From positions 1 through 37,717 of the IMG/VR virus record IMGVR_UViG_3300007539_000060: a stretch of 37,717 bases of DNA, one strand, 5' to 3'. This document shows, piece by piece, positions 36,681 to 37,717 of this stretch (positions are counted from its first letter, which is position 1; each line of letters begins with the position of its first letter). Source of the stretch: a virus (Duplodnaviria > Caudoviricetes). The notes under the pieces are model-generated. The model worked only from the letters and a program-made list of their open reading frames with translations. It had not been told where the DNA came from and ran no database searches. The translations under genes were made by a program, and so were the position numbers.

Positions 36681-36872
36681 CTACTCAGATTTCTGAGGTT
36701 TGTCAACACTAGGAGGTTCAGGTGACTCCAGAAGATCTAATGTTTCCAGTCCACCTTGTAATTTAATTTTATATTCTTTGAGACTGGTAAGTTCATCCTC
36801 TGCCTTTTTTAATTTCAGTTCAGCTTCAGCAAGTTGTTTCTTAAACTCTTCTCTAAGTTTTGACGAATCCAT
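36681..36872 (-). CDS. Small coiled-coil hypothetical protein (63 aa)
   Basis: Heptad pattern; KLQGGLETLDLL; fills the gap and has an upstream late promoter. Confidence 0.75.
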   Translation of the reverse strand: MDSSKLREEFKKQLAEAELKLKKAEDELTSLKEYKIKLQGGLETLDLLESPEPPSVDKPQKSE

Positions 36873-36890
36873 AATTTCATGGTAAAATAT

Positions 36891-36897
36891 TATTTAT
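36891..36897 (-). promoter_or_regulatory. Late promoter core ATAAATA
   Basis: Overlaps the upstream stop codon; ~19 nt before ATG 36872. Confidence 0.6.
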
Positions 36898-37715
36898 CAA
36901 CTACCGACATCATTTGGCATATATTCCAACATGGTTAAATAAACATTAGCATTGTATATTCCATTAGTCACAGTAACTGTTCCACCAGAAGAACTAAATG
37001 CTAGATTTGAACCAGACCCTGCTATAGTAGTAGTATGTAATACAGTTACAGTTCCACCAGTTACTCCAGTAATTTCAAATGAAATATCAGCATTACTTCC
37101 AAAACCAACTATGAATCCTCTGGCAATATAAGCTCTATTTGAAGGACCTAAATCAAATAATGTTACTCCTGCTCCAGCAGCATTTCCTATACTAGTTGCC
37201 TGTCTTACGATGAGTAACTGACTAGATTCTGTTTCGGCATCTCTAACAGTTAATTTTGGTGTAGTGCTAACAGAAAGAATTAAATCATTTTGCGCCCTAA
37301 TAACAAAATCATCTGATTGTCCAGAAGTGACGAGTTGATTCGCTGCACCAACAAAACCATAATGACTGGTATTTCCTCTAAACCCAATGTAACTAGTATC
37401 TGTTGTAGTTGTAGGTTCGAGTCTTAGTCCTTCACCCGCCGCATTGACATTTACTATACCAGTTCCAAAAACTTCTAATCCAGTTACCCCAGTTGGATCG
37501 TCTCCAACACCGAGAACTAGTTTATTGTTTGTTGTGCCAGCATACAACTGACCAACAATCATGTTGGATCCACCAGAATCAAACTTGATATATGGATGAC
37601 CACCACCATTAGCAAGAGTGTTGATACGAATTCTGTTGTTACCACCAGATGTAGTGTTTCTGAACAATGCGGTATCTACACTAACGGCATCAGCGTTTGA
37701 TGCCGTAAGGAATGG
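36897..37715 (-). CDS. Tail fibre protein, C-terminal part (5' truncated by the window)
   Basis: The frame stays open past the TTG at 37667 to the window edge (PFLTASNADAVSVDTALFRN...). G/T/N-rich fibre-like sequence. Confidence 0.7.
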   Translation of the reverse strand, partial: PFLTASNADAVSVDTALFRNTTSGGNNRIRINTLANGGGHPYIKFDSGGSNMIVGQLYAGTTNNKLVLGVGDDPTGVTGLEVFGTGIVNVNAAGEGLRLEPTTTTDTSYIGFRGNTSHYGFVGAANQLVTSGQSDDFVIRAQNDLILSVSTTPKLTVRDAETESSQLLIVRQATSIGNAAGAGVTLFDLGPSNRAYIARGFIVGFGSNADISFEITGVTGGTVTVLHTTTIAGSGSNLAFSSSGGTVTVTNGIYNANVYLTMLEYMPNDVGS

Positions 37716-37717
37716 AG

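Noticed and set aside
1-37717. tRNA genes, CRISPR arrays, introns/inteins, homing endonucleases
   Set aside because: Intergenic gaps are all under about 85 nt and no cloverleaf, spaced direct repeats, or HNH, GIY-YIG, LAGLIDADG or intein motifs were seen by eye; a covariance-model scan was not run

Overview
This is a late (virion) region of a T4-like myophage, most likely a marine cyanophage (Kyanoviridae-type). The host is inferred from gene style and order, as no host marker lies in the window. Almost every gene is on the minus strand and many are preceded by T4-type late promoter motifs (T/A/C)TAAATA. In transcription order (right to left) the window holds: (1) the end of a tail-fibre gene and several fibre/virion structural genes (462, 2007 and 1260 aa, plus an Mtd-N protein); (2) three paralogous Gly-rich adhesin-like proteins with about 10-11% Cys, then a tail-fibre-chaperone-like gene; (3) a ~9.5 kb enzyme island; (4) two more structural genes, then g13, g14, g15, g16 and the start of a non-terminase ORF. 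The island encodes a GT9 heptosyltransferase-like enzyme, two NodU/CmcH carbamoyltransferases, four 2OG-Fe(II) oxygenases and a nearly complete ADP-heptose pathway (HldC-like nucleotidyltransferase, HldA-like kinase, HAD phosphatase, HldD epimerase, and a cupin where GmhA would be expected). The best candidate for an undescribed system is a late-expressed, phage-encoded heptosylation/carbamoylation/hydroxylation pathway that decorates the virion, probably the adjacent Cys-rich adhesins. This is an inference, and DNA or host-surface modification remain alternatives. No tRNA, CRISPR array, integrase or homing endonuclease was recognised.
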